The notes beneath the pieces are model-generated. The model ran no database searches and was not told the origin of the DNA. It saw only the letters and a program-made list of their open reading frames with translations. From Octopus vulgaris (Eukaryota): 64,000 nucleotides of DNA. Shown here piece by piece: positions 38,540 through 52,032 of the stretch. The stretch's first letter is position 1. The number at the start of each line of letters is the position of its first letter. The DNA lies in the NCBI GenBank assembly GCA_951406725.2, contig OX597814.1:46128001-46192000 (forward strand), written 5' to 3'. The position numbers and the translations under genes were made by a program.

Positions 38540-41130
38540 CATCTCCATCAATGTTGTTTTTAGGCAGGACGTTTCACTACTTTTGGGATGTTTGTTGAGT
38601 CGATTTGCAACCTTCATCCATCGTCTCAAGAAAATCTTCCTCTCTCTTGGAATCTTGTTCCTAATTGTATTGGCCTTGTGCTCTGGGACATATTTCTGGC
38701 ATATGGCTTGCACAACAGACATGAAACATTCTAGTCTGGTGTGGAGAGACATTTTGGCCAGTCCTCACTGAAGATCACTTTTTGGATCATTTTCCAGTCT
38801 GCTTTGTGGAAGTTCAGATTGGAGAGATTTTGGGTGCTTCCTTTAGGCTGTATGTCTCTGGTTACTTTCAGCCAAACATAGCTCGATAATGTTGTGATCT
38901 GAGACTAATGTCAGCGTCACTTTCACATCATGAATGATGTTCATATTGTTTGTGAAGCAGAGATCCAGAATGTTATTTGCCCTAGTTGGTCTGAGTACAG
39001 CTTGCTCCATGAATAGGGCATTGGTGAGGTTAAGCAGGGACTCCACCTGCTCTTGCTTGCAATGAGTCATTCCTGAGAGTATGAGACCTTCGGGCCATTT
39101 GACGTTGGGGGAGGTTGAAATCACCCATAAGAAATATGGTCACGTGGTGTTCCAGATTCATGAGGATTTCTTTAATTCTTGTGAGGCAATCTTCAAACTT
39201 GCCTATATGGTTTGGAGCATCTGGTGGGCAATATGTATTGCATATGACTATATTGTGTTGTCTTATGTATACAATTAGTTTGTCACATACTGAATTTGAG
39301 TATGACAGTAAGATCTGGGGTGTGAGGTCATCAGGGATGTATGCAGCAACCCCTCCATAGCTCCTTTCCCTTCAGTATGGCATAGTTTGGTACGTGTACT
39401 TCTGCATCCTCTACATCAGGGCTGAGGTGAGTTTCCACGAGTGCTATGCATAGGGCTTGATTGCATGCATTAAGATCTCTCAGGAAAGAAATTTTGCTTT
39501 TATTATGATGCAACAGGCTCCTAATATTTAGTAAAAGTATTGGGGTGACGACTGTGTAGGCATTAGGGGAGGCCATCCCGTGTCTGTTGACTGTAGTGGT
39601 CTTGCATAGTGATGGGCAAGGTTCTTTGTTTGTGCTTGGTGTAGCCAAGTCAGCTGCTGTACAATCCTTTGTGCCATGCACAAAAAAGATTCTTGCTCAA
39701 CTGCTGCATTGCACATAACATCTGAAGAGCACACTTCTTTTGTAAATTTTTTCCTTGGAGACATTTGTTGTCTTTCCTCAGTGAAGTTTTTCTCTTTAAG
39801 GCCCCTGTAGTTCTGGCGGAGTGTCAGGTGAGCAAACCGACAGTTTTTGCCACCCACCCCCCATGCCAACATTTGCCTTGCTGGTAAAATTTGCAGGTTC
39901 TTGAGTGCCTTCCAAATTTCTTCTTTCCTGTAGGGTTTTTGATGGCATTGGATCCTCCATGGGATTTTCTGTTGTTTGTTTGGTGGGTTGGGGTTTCGGT
40001 TTTGGTTGTATTATTTTTGCCTTTTCCTTTTTCTTCCTTTCCTTCTTTATTTTTGTTTTCTGTCCTTTCTTTTCTTGTGGTGGGAACTTTTTTCTTCTGG
40101 TTTTTTATTGGGGTGAGGGCTCCATTCCTTTGTAGGACCACTGGCGCAGGGGGGATTCTAGTTACTGCTTCCTTGGCTCCCCTATCCTTTTCTGCTTGGT
40201 CGTTCACCGGGGCTGGTGATCCATTCTTTTGAGGAACCTCTGGATCACAGAGACTTCCAGGTTTTGTTTACTTTTCATCTTCTCCATCCCTATTGGCCTT
40301 GCCACAATAGTTTTCGATTATGCCATCCAAGGTGTCAATATGTGGTCTTATAAGCATATAAGACCAGATAAATTCGTTCTTCTGCTCTATCTGGTCAATG
40401 GTTCTGTGAAAACCATTGTTCTTCAGTGCAGCAGTGATGATGTTGTTTGACGGGTTGCCACTAGCAATCATCCATGCTCGCAGCAGTAGATTTAATTCCT
40501 TCTTCTCCCACTTAGGTGCCATCTTCGTTTTTAAGCCCAGAATGGGAGTAGAGGTAATAGATAGATAGAGGGAGGAAGAAACACAGAGGGAGGAAATAGT
40601 GAAAGAGAGAGGAAAATATGAAGGAAAGAGATAGGTTGATATGGGGAAGGCAAGGGGGTGAGGTGTGTTAGAGAGACAGATGAAGGAAGAGGAAGGGGAG
40701 AGAAAGAGAGACAGGGTGAGGGAGAGGAGGGGAATAGAAAGAGAGACAGAGTGAACGAGAGGAGGGGAAGAGAAAGAGAGATACAGTGAAGGAGAGGAGG
40801 GAAAGAGAAAGAAAGACAGAGGGAGTGAGAGAAAGGGAGAACCGGAGTGAGAATAAGGGGTAAATGAGAAGTATATGAGGGAGAGGGTGAGGTGACAGGA
40901 GGAGAGGTAGATGTTGTGAGATACAAAGGAAAGGAAAGAGAAGTGAGAAAAGAGGAGGATTTGAAAGGGAGGGAGAGAGATGAGAAAAAGAGTAAGATAT
41001 GCAAGAGAGAGGGAAAGAGTAGGCGTAAAGAGAGATAAAGAGAGAAATATATATAAGGGAGAAGAGAGGAAGAGTATATATGAAAGACAGTGAGAGCAGG
41101 TAATGAAGATGTATAGGAAAACGGAAAACA
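38540..41130 (-). mobile_element. 5' half of a second CR1-like LINE family: pyrimidine-rich leader, ORF1 (Myb/SANT-like N-terminus plus CCCH finger), endonuclease
   Basis: ORF1 from MAPKWEKKELNLLLRAW (ATG at about 40522), CKFYQQGKCWHG...NCRFAH, EN IALVETHL, PTRANNILDLCFTN, SDH. 38545-38713 is homologous to 43845-44005. Confidence 0.82.
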
Positions 41131-41869
41131 ATATATAATTCTAAATATGATTTATAATTCTAAATGATTTTAAAGAGATAAAGTTAAAAAAGGAACGATA
41201 GTTCAAAGAAAGGGGTTTTTTGATTTCTAGTTTTCAAATAGATTGAAAGCGAAGTGGACGCTGTAATAGAAATTGAAAGAAAATTATAGTAAGAATTCTC
41301 AGAGAGTAAACAAAGATGAAGTCGTAACTCAAATGTTACCTTAAGTTAAAAGAAAATAAACAATTGAAAAGGATACTTATTCGCAAAAGGTAAAATTCCA
41401 AATCCTTGTTCTTGTATGAAATTTTCTTTCAAAATAACAATTCTTTTTGCTTCTTACATTCATCTGGAAATAAAATTATGACTTGCAACCACGTGCTTTT
41501 TCAACAAAAACTCTAGCTTGTGTAACTGATTTTAATGTGTTATATTCAGCTTGTAGTGAAATATATTACATTATCTAATTAATATATTATAGTGGGCTGT
41601 TATGAAAAAACAAGTTCTATGTTTTTGTCAGTTTTAGCAGATTTTTTCGTCGATTTATGCAACCACTTTTTGGTTGTTTCAGGAGAATGAAAAACATGTC
41701 TTTCTTCAACGAAGAATATATATGTGTATATATATAAATATGTATATATGTGTAAATATGTATATATATGTATATATATATACATATTTATATATATAAA
41801 ACTATGTATATAAATAGCTATATATATATGTGTGTATAAATATCTATATATATATATGTATATAAATAT

Positions 41870-44005
41870 TTTTTTTTAGTTTCAGCTCAGAGCTGCGACC
41901 ATGCTGATGCACCACCGTTTTGCTATGCTGTCATTACTAAGAGCCTCCTCTAATATGTGGCAGTTGGTGAAGAATGGAGTTTGATATAACTACCATCATT
42001 TGCACCTCTTGCTGTGAGATAGGTTCATCTGAGACTCTCGACAGGAAGAGGTCCAGCTTTGATTCAAAAACCCCTACATCTACTTTGTGCAAGTTCATAA
42101 GACTTGTTTGGAGAATATTAAAAAGTTGTGGGCCTTGAAACCCAGGCTGTTGCAGTAACTGGTCCTGAAGTATGATGGGGTTGCTGGGATCTTTGGCACT
42201 ATGCTGTGTCATCCCATTCTGGCATTGTGTAGCTTTCAATGCCAAAATTTGGCACAATTCCTTCCAGGATCTTCCAGATATATATCACTGCATACCTCTC
42301 CCATCTTCTCTTCAGGGAGTAGAGTCGTAGCAATTTCAACCTTTCCCGGTAGCTGAGCAGTTGCAAAGAGACAATCTTCTTTGTGAATCTTCTCTGGGTT
42401 GCTTCAAATTCCGCTGTTAATTTCACACTGGTGGGTGACCATAGCTCTGAGCAGTAATCCAGGTGGCTGAGGATGAATGTCCACCAGAGGACCATCATGG
42501 TTTCCTTATCTCTTATTCTGAATATTCTTAGGATCCATCCAGTCAGTAGTCTGCACTTTGTCACCATCCTGGTAATGTGCATGTGGAAACAGGTATCATC
42601 ACTCATGTCGATACCTAGGTCCCTCACTGACATAGGCTCTGGGATTGAAATTCCCTGTGGACCGGTGTACCCTGTAAGTTTCATATTCAGTTTTGGATGG
42701 TGGTAGTGCAGGGCTTGGAAGTTTTCAGCATTAAACTGCATATTATTATCTTCAGCCCATCTGTAAATTGAGTCCAACTCCTGCTGCAGGTGTGCAACAT
42801 CGCTGGGGTTCTGTATCTTCTGTGAGACTTTCGTATCATCTACATAGCTTGCAAGGGTGGCTATCCAGGCATTTGAGGGCATATCTGAGAGGGCCACTAT
42901 AAAAAGCAGTGGTCCCAAGACATTGCCCTGTGGAACACTGCTCACTATTTTGTGTTCATAGAGGTGGCTCCATTAGCAACTACTACCTGACTCCTATCTT
43001 TCAGGAAGTCATGTAACCACTCTCCAAGTTTTCCAGCTATGCCAAAGTCACACAGTTTGTGGCATATCATACCATGATCCACCTTGTCAAAAGCTTTTAC
43101 AAAATCAAGGTATATTACGTCCACATTTGAGTTGTTGAGTAACTGCCTCAACACCCAGTCATAATGTTGTAAGAGCTGGGTTAGGCAGCTCCTACCTGGT
43201 TGAAAACCATGCTGGGTATCTCTCAGCAAGTTATTTTCTTTAAGGAATGCAATTAGTTTCCTTCTGACTATATGTTCCATGACTTTGCTGATGTGTGAAG
43301 TCAGAGAGATAGGCCTATAGTTTTTGGCATCTGCTCTACTTCCCCCTTTATGTATTGGGCATATTATTCCCTCCTTCAGCTTGCTTGGCAGTTTGCCATT
43401 TGTAAGAAAGCTCTGGAAGAGAATCTTGAGGGGTTTTGCCAGGGCATGTTTACACGCTTTGAGGAGGATGGCTGGGAAACCGTCTGGACCAGCAGTTGAG
43501 TTTGTGTCCACTTCATCTGTGGCTAGAAGTACATCTTCTTCGCTAATGTCAATATATTCCATTGTAACTGCCTCGCTGGTTATAGGTGAAACAGCAAAGA
43601 AGTTCACTGGTTCGTTCTAATGGGGTGGTAAAGACACTTTTGAACTGGTCATTGAGTATCTCACTGATCTTAGTTGGACTGTCTTTTTGGAGGAGGGGTC
43701 CTGTCTTGTAGTGTACTGAGGATGTTTCTTTCACATAATGAAATAAGGCCTTTGGGTTTGACTTAATGTTTTTTATAACCCAGGCTTCCTTGTCTGCATT
43801 CTCCCTCAAATAGGATTCTTGCAGCCTTTTTTCGATCTCTATCAGTGTTGTTTTTAGCCGGGACGTTTCGCTACTTTTGGGATGTTGGTTAAGTCGATTT
43901 GCAATCTTCGTCCGTTGTCTCATGAGGATCTTCTGCTCCCTTGGAATCTTGATCCTATTTGTTATGGCCTTGTGCTCTGGGACATATTTCTGCTATATGA
44001 CTTGC
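41870..44005 (-). mobile_element. 5'-truncated copy (RT to 3' end) of the same CR1-like family
   Basis: ORFs 42945-43607 and 42199-42945: GPDGFPA, NYRPISLTS, QHGF, DFVKAFDKVDH, VPQGNVLGPLLF, YVDDTK, LDYCSELWSP. The T-run at about 41868-41877 is the A-tail on the - strand. Confidence 0.92.
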
Positions 44006-44215
44006 AGAGGAACCTACCTCACGGCAAGAGGTGCAAATAAGGGTAGCTATATCAAACTCCATTCTTCACCAAGTGCCACATATTAGAGGAGGCTCTTAGT
44101 AATAACAGTGTAGCAAAATGGCAGTGCATCAGCATAGCAGTGTATATATATTTATATGTATATGTAAATACGTATATACATATTTATATATATATATGTA
44201 TATGCATATGTATAT

Positions 44216-45582
44216 GCACCTTTACCCTTGCAGCAGTTGTTTATAGTGCTGCTACACCAGTCATTGAGTATGACTCCATCATGAACTACCTGGTTTACAA
44301 TGCGGGTGACTAGGCCATAGCCCACACCACGAGATGTTTTAGGCATCTCAGCAGTGATTCCTGATGGGCCAGGGGCTTTTCCGAGCGTCATACCCTTAGT
44401 TGCTTTATCTACTAGGGATCTATCTACATGGATAGCTGGTCCTTCTCCTGGGTCAACATTTGGCAGGCTCTCCTCCGCCCATTCATTCTCCACATTCAGC
44501 AGTCTTTCATAATGGCTTCTCCAAGTCTCTTTCTTTTCAGAATCATTAAAAGTAAGTGCACCATCATCCACGCGGACACATTTCTCTCCTGTGACATCAC
44601 AATTTTGTCTTACACACTGTCTTGCAATCTGAAATACCTCAGTTCTTTGGTCCTCACGTCACTGGACATTGGCAAACTACTTTTCCGTTATGTATACCTG
44701 CCGCCCAGCCTCCCTTTTGGCTACCTAGTACAGTTCCCTACTACCCCCACTCTTCCAGGCTTTCCAGGCCTGTTTCTTTGCTCTAATGGTTTTGTCTACT
44801 GTACTATTCCACCACCATGTAACTCTAGGTCTGGAAGAGACTTTGCACCATCCGCAGACTTGGTCTGTGGCACTCAGCAAGCTGTGCCGTAGGAATTTCC
44901 AGTTATCTTCTTTGTCCTATGTCTGTAGCTCCTCCTTCCTCTCATCAAATTTTTTGATGAGGATGTCCCTAAATCTCTGACCATGTAAAGGGTTCTTTAG
45001 CTTCCAAATCCTTCTTTTTTGGATTGGTCTGCTTCTTGGTATCCTTCTGGCCTCGAGCCTAAAGTCACTAATGACTAGCCTATGCTGGGGTCACACTCTT
45101 CACCCGGGAGGGTCTTTGTATTTAAGAGCAACCCTGCATCCCACTGTCTGGTGAGGATGAAATCAATCTGGCTAGCAGAGTCCACTGATTGATAGGTTAT
45201 AAGATGGCTGTCTGGCTTCTTGAGTTAGTGTTGCAGATTGAAAGGTTACATGCATCACAGAACTCCAGTAGCCTAGTTCCCTCATCGTTCCGGGTGCCAA
45301 TACCATGGCCCCTGTATACTCCAGTGAAGATGCCAGATTTTCGCCCAACATGCCCATTAAATCTCCAGCCACAAAGATGAGGTCATTGCCACTTATCTTT
45401 GAGGTATCCTATAGAAGGTTATCATAAAAGTGGTCCTTCTGATCATTTGGTAGCCCCACATGTGGGGGCGTAGGCAGAGATAATTGTAGCTGTGCTGTTC
45501 TGCAGGACTAGCCTGAGCTTAAGCACTCTATCGCATAACCTAACAACCTCTATGACCTTATCCACCAATTTCTCCGCAAGGA
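44216..45582 (-). mobile_element. RTE-clade LINE fragment (endonuclease to start of RT)
   Basis: IISAYAP, AGDL, QIDF, WWN and GKAPGPSGITAEM remnants. Same family as 3990-5145. Confidence 0.85.
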
Positions 45583-45674
45583 GGGAGGTTGTTGTGTGTT
45601 TGTTTTTTAGGCATGCTTCATCTGTTCTCTCTTCCGACCTGACAACATTCAAGCATTGAAGCATGTTAAGATTG

Positions 45675-45722
<48 letters not shown>

Positions 45723-45996
45723 TTATATATATTTTTGTTATTTTTCATTTGTCTTGCTCGCTTACGTTTCTGGTGTGCTAAATTTTCTGGAGAACAATTC
45801 TTAATGGTTGAGACCGTAGCGGATCTTCTTCTAGCATAAGGGTTTCCACATAGTGGTTAAAAAATTCACTCTTATATTTATGTATGAAACACTATATACT
45901 GAATCTCAATTTTTTTTATATGCTAGATCACTGGTGTTAAAATTGATGTTATCAAATTAATATCCAATTTTTGACCCTCATTTTGATTTTATATAT

Positions 45997-46157
45997 TTGT
46001 TTATATGTATATATATATATATATGTATATATATGTATATATATATATGTATATATATGTATATATATATATGTATATATATGTATATATATGTATGTAT
46101 ATATATGTATATATATGTATATATATATATGTATATATATGTATATATATATATGTG

Positions 46158-46190
<33 letters not shown>

Positions 46191-46208
46191 GTATATATAT
46201 GTATATGT

Positions 46209-46242
<34 letters not shown>

Positions 46243-46430
46243 ATGTATATGTATATATATGTATATATATATGTATATATATGTATATGTATATATATGT
46301 ATATATATATGTATATGTATATATATGTATATGTATATATATGTATATGTATGTATATATATGTATATGTATATATATGTATATGTATATATATGTATAT
46401 ATATGTGTATGTATGTATGTATATACATGC

Positions 46431-46472
<42 letters not shown>
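45997..46472. repeat. Compound (TA)n/(TG) microsatellite
   Basis: Directly visible; the source of the spurious Y/I/M ORFs. Confidence 0.95.
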
Positions 46473-46474
<2 letters not shown>

Positions 46475-47320
46475 ACGAAAGAAGGTTTGAAAATGCAATT
46501 TAAAACATTTATTTACTTTACCGGTTTCACTCTTTGGAAAAAGATTGTCAAAAGTAACATGTAGAAGTTTGGTTGCATTAATTATTGGTTGTTACAAATT
46601 GCTACATTACATATATACAGTCTTTGGTAACAGGGACATGTTAAGGACATAAAAAAGTTCAACAAGTTCCTTAAAATATTGGGCACAAAAGATTACTACA
46701 TAAATAATTGTTCTCAAGGACATGCTTAAGATAGTTTCCAGAAGGAATTGATATTGGTATTGGTGTTGTATCTGTATATTCAAACATGCACAGAATATTG
46801 GTTGATACAGAGTACTACAATCCATATAAATATACATTCTTTGGTGACAAGAGCATGTTGAGAATATAAAAAAGTTTAACAAACTCATTGGAATAATGGG
46901 CACAAAAGATTACAACAAATATATTATACATTCTCAAGATAATTTCCAGAAGGAATTATTAAAAAAGTTCAGTATACACGTACAGAATATTATGAGTTCA
47001 AAAAGATTTACATTATAATAGTAGTGAAGCTAAAACTGACCTGTCCGCTGTGGAAAAAAGGCAGATTTTCTCTGCCTGTACCCATGTTCCTATTTAATAC
47101 AATTCTACAAAATAGAATTTCTTCAATTAGAATTTACCTATGATTTTTCGAAGTAGATTCGATTCGGTCATGGCATATAAATTTCTTTCAATTTGACCCC
47201 CAATTAAGCAAAAATTTGAAAAAACTCAATATTTTACGATTTCCCTCTCTCACTTCAAAGGCTTTACTCCGCCTATTACCACACTTTCTCTTTACACACA
47301 TAGACATGCAAACATATACA
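46473..47320 (-). mobile_element. PLE 3' terminal (pLTR) remnant with internal ~220-bp degenerate repeats
   Basis: Its terminus shares the hammerhead and TGCATTTTCAA motif with the PLE end at 59200-59288. Repeats at about 46650-46800 and 46868-46990. Upstream boundary uncertain. Confidence 0.55.
46513..46557 (-). ncRNA. Minimal type I hammerhead ribozyme motif, U3-A8 variant
   Basis: - strand: TTACTT-TTGACAA-TCTTT ttcc AAAGA-GT-GAAA-CCGG-TA-AAGTAA. Perfect 6-bp stem I, 5-bp stem II, palindromic CCGG loop III, GUA triplet. Confidence 0.72.
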
Positions 47321-47535
47321 TATATGACAGTGTCAATTGTTGAAAGAAAATTGTAAGCTAAGAAGGTGTGTGTGTGTGCGTGCATGTGTGTGTGTGTGTG
47401 CAAGTGTGTGTGTGTGTGTAGGAAGTGAAGGATAAAAATATGGCAAGAAGTGGACAGATGTACATATATACATACATACATCCATACATACATAGATGTG
47501 TGTGTGTATGTATGTGTATTAATGTGTGTGTGTTA

Positions 47536-47925
47536 TCTCTCTCTATATAAAGCTGAAGTTGTCTGTGCGCGCCAGGTTTGGTAGCCTTCAACTAACACTA
47601 TCTCCTCCGAGACCCTGCGACACAAGTTGACCAAAATTGAGAGTATGATAGAAGAGTTGCTCTTCCTTCCGTAGAAGATAAAATTCAAATCGGACCATGT
47701 TAACACCAAAAAATTATTTACATCAAAAAGGTGCTTTTTTTCTATGAAAATTCCTATTTTTTACGATTTTATCACTGCTGTGTCGCCACTTTTCGGTGTA
47801 TTTCAACCAGAAAAATGTTCACTTGAAGAGAATAACAAGCTACATAATGCAAAACTTTTACTTTTCAAAAATTCCAATTCCAGCGGGTCGAAACAAACCC
47901 GAGCAACGCCGGGCGATACTGCTAG
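47536..47925 (+). mobile_element. Non-autonomous Helitron, second family with related termini
   Basis: A|TCTCTCTCTATATAAAG start, hairpin CCCG-AGCAACGC-CGGG at 47898-47913, TGCTAG|T end. Confidence 0.85.
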
Positions 47926-47944
47926 TATATATATATATATATGC

Positions 47945-50900
47945 ATATATGACATAACATTTTCATGAATATTTTCGGATAGAAATATAAGAGAAATACG
48001 AACTCCCCACGTCCAAGACAAATCTCACATAGAGAAGATTTTGAGAAGGACCAAAGAATAAGTAAGAAGTTCTCCCTCTCTAGTCATTTCTTCCATAATA
48101 ATCACCGCTTCCAAACAGAACATTACCATTACAACAATCCCACTCAGAGCCGTCCACAACAAAGAACCCACAACAGACCAAGGGTTTGTGGAAGGACTAA
48201 TTAGTTACACTAATTCCCTATACGAGAGAAACCATTCTGGGCCAAAACCAGGACACTCAATGGTACCAACCAAATATGAGATTTCGAAGGTGATAAATAT
48301 CTCACATAAAGCCCTGTTGAACCAGGAAATAAAAATTCTTGCAAAGGGATTAATGTTCACCCCAACACCACAAAGGTTGAACCTAAATGATATACAAAAT
48401 GACATCCAAGAATTCTGCAGAAAACTTCGCATCACTGAAGAACTACTGGATAAAGATAATAATGATCAATCAATCCTTCACAATAAAAGTAACTACTGTC
48501 CGACAAAAGGAAGAAATCAAACTCTGGATAACTTTTGTTATTTGATTTCCATTTACCTCTCCAATTTACTCCCACCCCGAAAATTTTAAATAAATACAAA
48601 TAGAGAAGAATGGGAAATCATTAATAATCTCAAGGAGGATGACAACAAAATTATAAAAGAAGCTAACAAACGTAGAACTGTAGTTATCATGGACACAAAA
48701 AAATACATAAACGCTACCCTAACTCTCCTTTGAGACAATACCCACTATGAAAAAATCAACAACTACAGTCAATCCAAGATAATGACCAAACTGTCTACCC
48801 TTATCCACCAGTTCCAATGAGGTTTAACAAAAATGGAGACAGATGACTTCACTAGATTTGACTGCAAACCATAACTTCTATGGACTTCCCAAAATCCACA
48901 AAAGTGAGGTCATAAACGAAGCCTGTAACAAGTCAACTTGTAAAGTCATAAATATTCCACACTCCAGAGATCTCAAAATAAGACCAATTGTGGTCTTAAA
49001 CCTATTCTCCAAGATATACCATGCTTTATATGGGATGATCTGGACTTTTTAAACCATCTCCAGAACAAAATCAGCAAAGACTCCCTCCTGGCTTCATTCA
49101 ATGTAATAAACCTCTACACCTTGATTCCTCATGAATACGGAATAATAGCCATACAATACTGGCTGGAAAAATTCCCAAATGACATTCCTGACAGAATTGG
49201 AAAAGAATTCATCGTTGAAGGAATAAAATTCATCCTACAGAACAACTTCTTCAATTTCAACAAAAACACTTTTAGACAAAAATCAGGCACAGTAATGGGA
49301 ATGCGGGTATTGCCTACTTTTGCCAACCTTGTCATGGCATACTTGGAAGTCCAAATATACAAACACACTAGATTGAAATTTGGAGACAACTTCCAAAAAT
49401 ACTTACTCACCAACTGGAAACGTTACCTGGATGACTGTTTCATCCTGTGGCCACATAACCTTGAGCAACTTTCAAAATTTAAAAACTTAATCAACAGCAT
49501 TAACCACAGTATCCAGTTTACAATGGAATATAGCCACAAACAATTACCCTTCCTGGACATCTTAATAATAAAGAGAAATACTGAAATTGAAACCAACATC
49601 GTCTTCAAACCAACAGACTCAAAACAATATCTTCTATTCTCCTCTTGCCACCCAAAACATATAAAATAGATATGCCGTTCAACTTAGCGAGAAGAATTTG
49701 CACGATTGCATCAAATCCCGAAACCTGAGAAAAGCGACTCCAAGAACTTAAAAACACATTACTAGATAGAAAATACCCAGCCAGTCTAATCAAAAATGGA
49801 ATAGAACATGCAAAAATGATAGACATCCAAGAGTTAGGGAAAACAAGAACACACCATCACACACTTAAAACTCTATCTTATGTATCAACACACAACACAA
49901 TCAAACAAACATGGAAGCATACATCATCCACCAAAACATACCCCTCCTTATGAAGGACCCACAAATGAAAAAGGCACTAGAAACACATAGGATTATTAAA
50001 AGCAAGAGACAACCACAATCCCTAAAAAATTACTCACCAGCACCAAATTACCCACTAAAAATACCTCACAAGTCAAAAAGTGCAACCACCCTAACTGCGG
50101 GGCTTGCATCTTCCTCTTAGAGGGCTCAACTTACAAATTTAAGTCAGGTCAAACTTTTACCATAAAATATGACTTCACTTATGCTTTGAAGAACTTAATC
50201 TATGTTCTTAAATGTGGAGGTTGTGGTAGTGACTGTATTGGTCCAACTAGCTTAACTTTGCGGGACAGACTTATGGTGCACAGGCAACAAATCTGGGACC
50301 CCCACCACTAGGAAAATTCCCGTAAGCAAGCACTAGGAAAATTCCCGTAAGCAAGCACCTAGACCAATGCCCTATAGACATAAACCCTAAATACCAAGTC
50401 TTCCTTCTCTATCAATGCACTGGAAACACTTCAACCCAATTCCGTTTAAATAAGGAAAACATACTAATTAAAAAATATAAACCACAGCTGAATATCCTTC
50501 AGAAATAAGAAAATGCAGTAAAAAGAAAAGGAAAAGATTCAGTTTCAATAAAAAGACAACCAGGAACAGCAAAATTTTTTTTTTTGTAAACTTTAGTAAC
50601 AATCTTCCCCCTGGGTTCCGAAACCGCAACTCCAAATCACCATATAGTTCAATGAAATTCTTCAAACACCAGTTGCTAACATCACCTAACACCAGACCAA
50701 TCAGAACTGAACTTCAGCAAATACAATGAAATAACCCTTTAAGAGAACCAATCAACCGGAACGACTTATGACTGTATTTACAAGGAAACCAACCAAGCAG
50801 AATGACAAGCTAGACCATGAAAAAAATGTCACCATTGTTTTAACTAATCAAAAATCAGATCTGCTCACAGAAAAAAATTATAAATTCATCTGATCCCAAA

Positions 50901-51330
50901 ACATACCATTATAAGCGAAAGCGTCTATTAGAAGAGGATCAGAGAAACTGTAAATCTAATTCCCCTTTTTACTATTTTCATCTCACACTTCTTTTTTTTA
51001 GTATGACTTGTCGACCACCGCTAAAGTTAATGAACTTTTTACATTCAAAAACAGTTATACAGTTTTGATATACAGTTTTAGTTTTTTTGACTGCTATGAA
51101 CATTCAAACTTACACCTTCTGTTGTGAACATGTTAATTTATCAACATTGAAACATTGTAATTTGTCAACATTGAAACTTTTAAAAATGTTTTTCTAATAT
51201 TAAACTTTTACCATTGATAAGCAAAAAATAATGTTGAGACAATTCTGGTATATATATAAATAAATGTCTTTTAAACATTTACGGGTTTTTGAAATTTAGG
51301 TGCAATTTCAACAACACGTTTTCCTATGTA
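47945..51330 (+). mobile_element. Penelope-like element (RT plus GIY-YIG endonuclease), decayed
   Basis: LAKGLMFTPTP, FYGLPKIHK, IRPIV, QKSGTVMG..PTFANLVM, WKRYLDD, LPFLDILI, KPTDSKQYL..SSCHP, followed by GIY-YIG remnants at about 50190-50460. Ends at (TA)n. Confidence 0.9.
51209..51250 (+). ncRNA. Degenerate minimal hammerhead motif (U3-A8 core) at the PLE 3' end
   Basis: TACCA-TTGATAA-GCA aaaaataa TGT T-GAGA-CAAT-TC-TGGTA. Stem I is intact; GAAA has become GAGA. Confidence 0.5.
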
Positions 51331-51333
51331 TAG

Positions 51334-51334
<1 letters not shown>

Positions 51335-51374
<40 letters not shown>

Positions 51375-51818
51375 TGTGTGTGTATACGTATATATGTATA
51401 TGCGTATACATTTATATATTTATATATGTGTGTATATATGTGTATATATATATATGTATATATATGTGTGTATATATATATATATGTGCATATATGTAGG
51501 TGTGTATATATATGTGTGTATATATTTGTGTATATATGTATGTGTATATATATGTGTATATATATATATATGTGTATATATATATATGTGTATATATATA
51601 TGAGTATATATATACGTATATATATATATGTATATATATATGTATGTATATATATATATGTATATATATATATGTATTTATATATATGTATATATATGTA
51701 TTTATATATATGTATATATATGTATATATATATGTATATATATGTATATATATATGTATATGTATATGTATATGTATATATATGTATATATATATGTATA
51801 TGTATATGTATATATATG

Positions 51819-51873
<55 letters not shown>

Positions 51874-51874
51874 G

Positions 51875-51907
<33 letters not shown>

Positions 51908-51920
51908 GTATATATATATG

Positions 51921-51953
<33 letters not shown>

Positions 51954-52032
51954 GTATATATATATATGTATATATATGTATATATATATATGTATATATA
52001 TGTATATATATATATGTATATATATATATGTA
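51335..52032. repeat. Compound (TA)n/(TG) microsatellite
   Basis: Directly visible. Confidence 0.95.

Noticed and set aside
40268-41131. 287-aa hydrophobic S/L/F/P ORF resembling a membrane protein
   Set aside because: The first ~200 aa are a read-through of the pyrimidine-rich tract. Only the part from MAPKW onward looks like real LINE ORF1.
41645-41715. Possible hammerhead on the - strand (TTGAAGA...GAAA CAACC/GGTTG CA)
   Set aside because: It lacks the U of the UH site, has no adjacent stem I, and stem II is weak.
50306-50360. 25-bp tandem duplication (cactaggaaaattcccgtaagcaag x2) as a regulatory repeat
   Set aside because: It is a local slippage duplication inside a dead PLE endonuclease frame.
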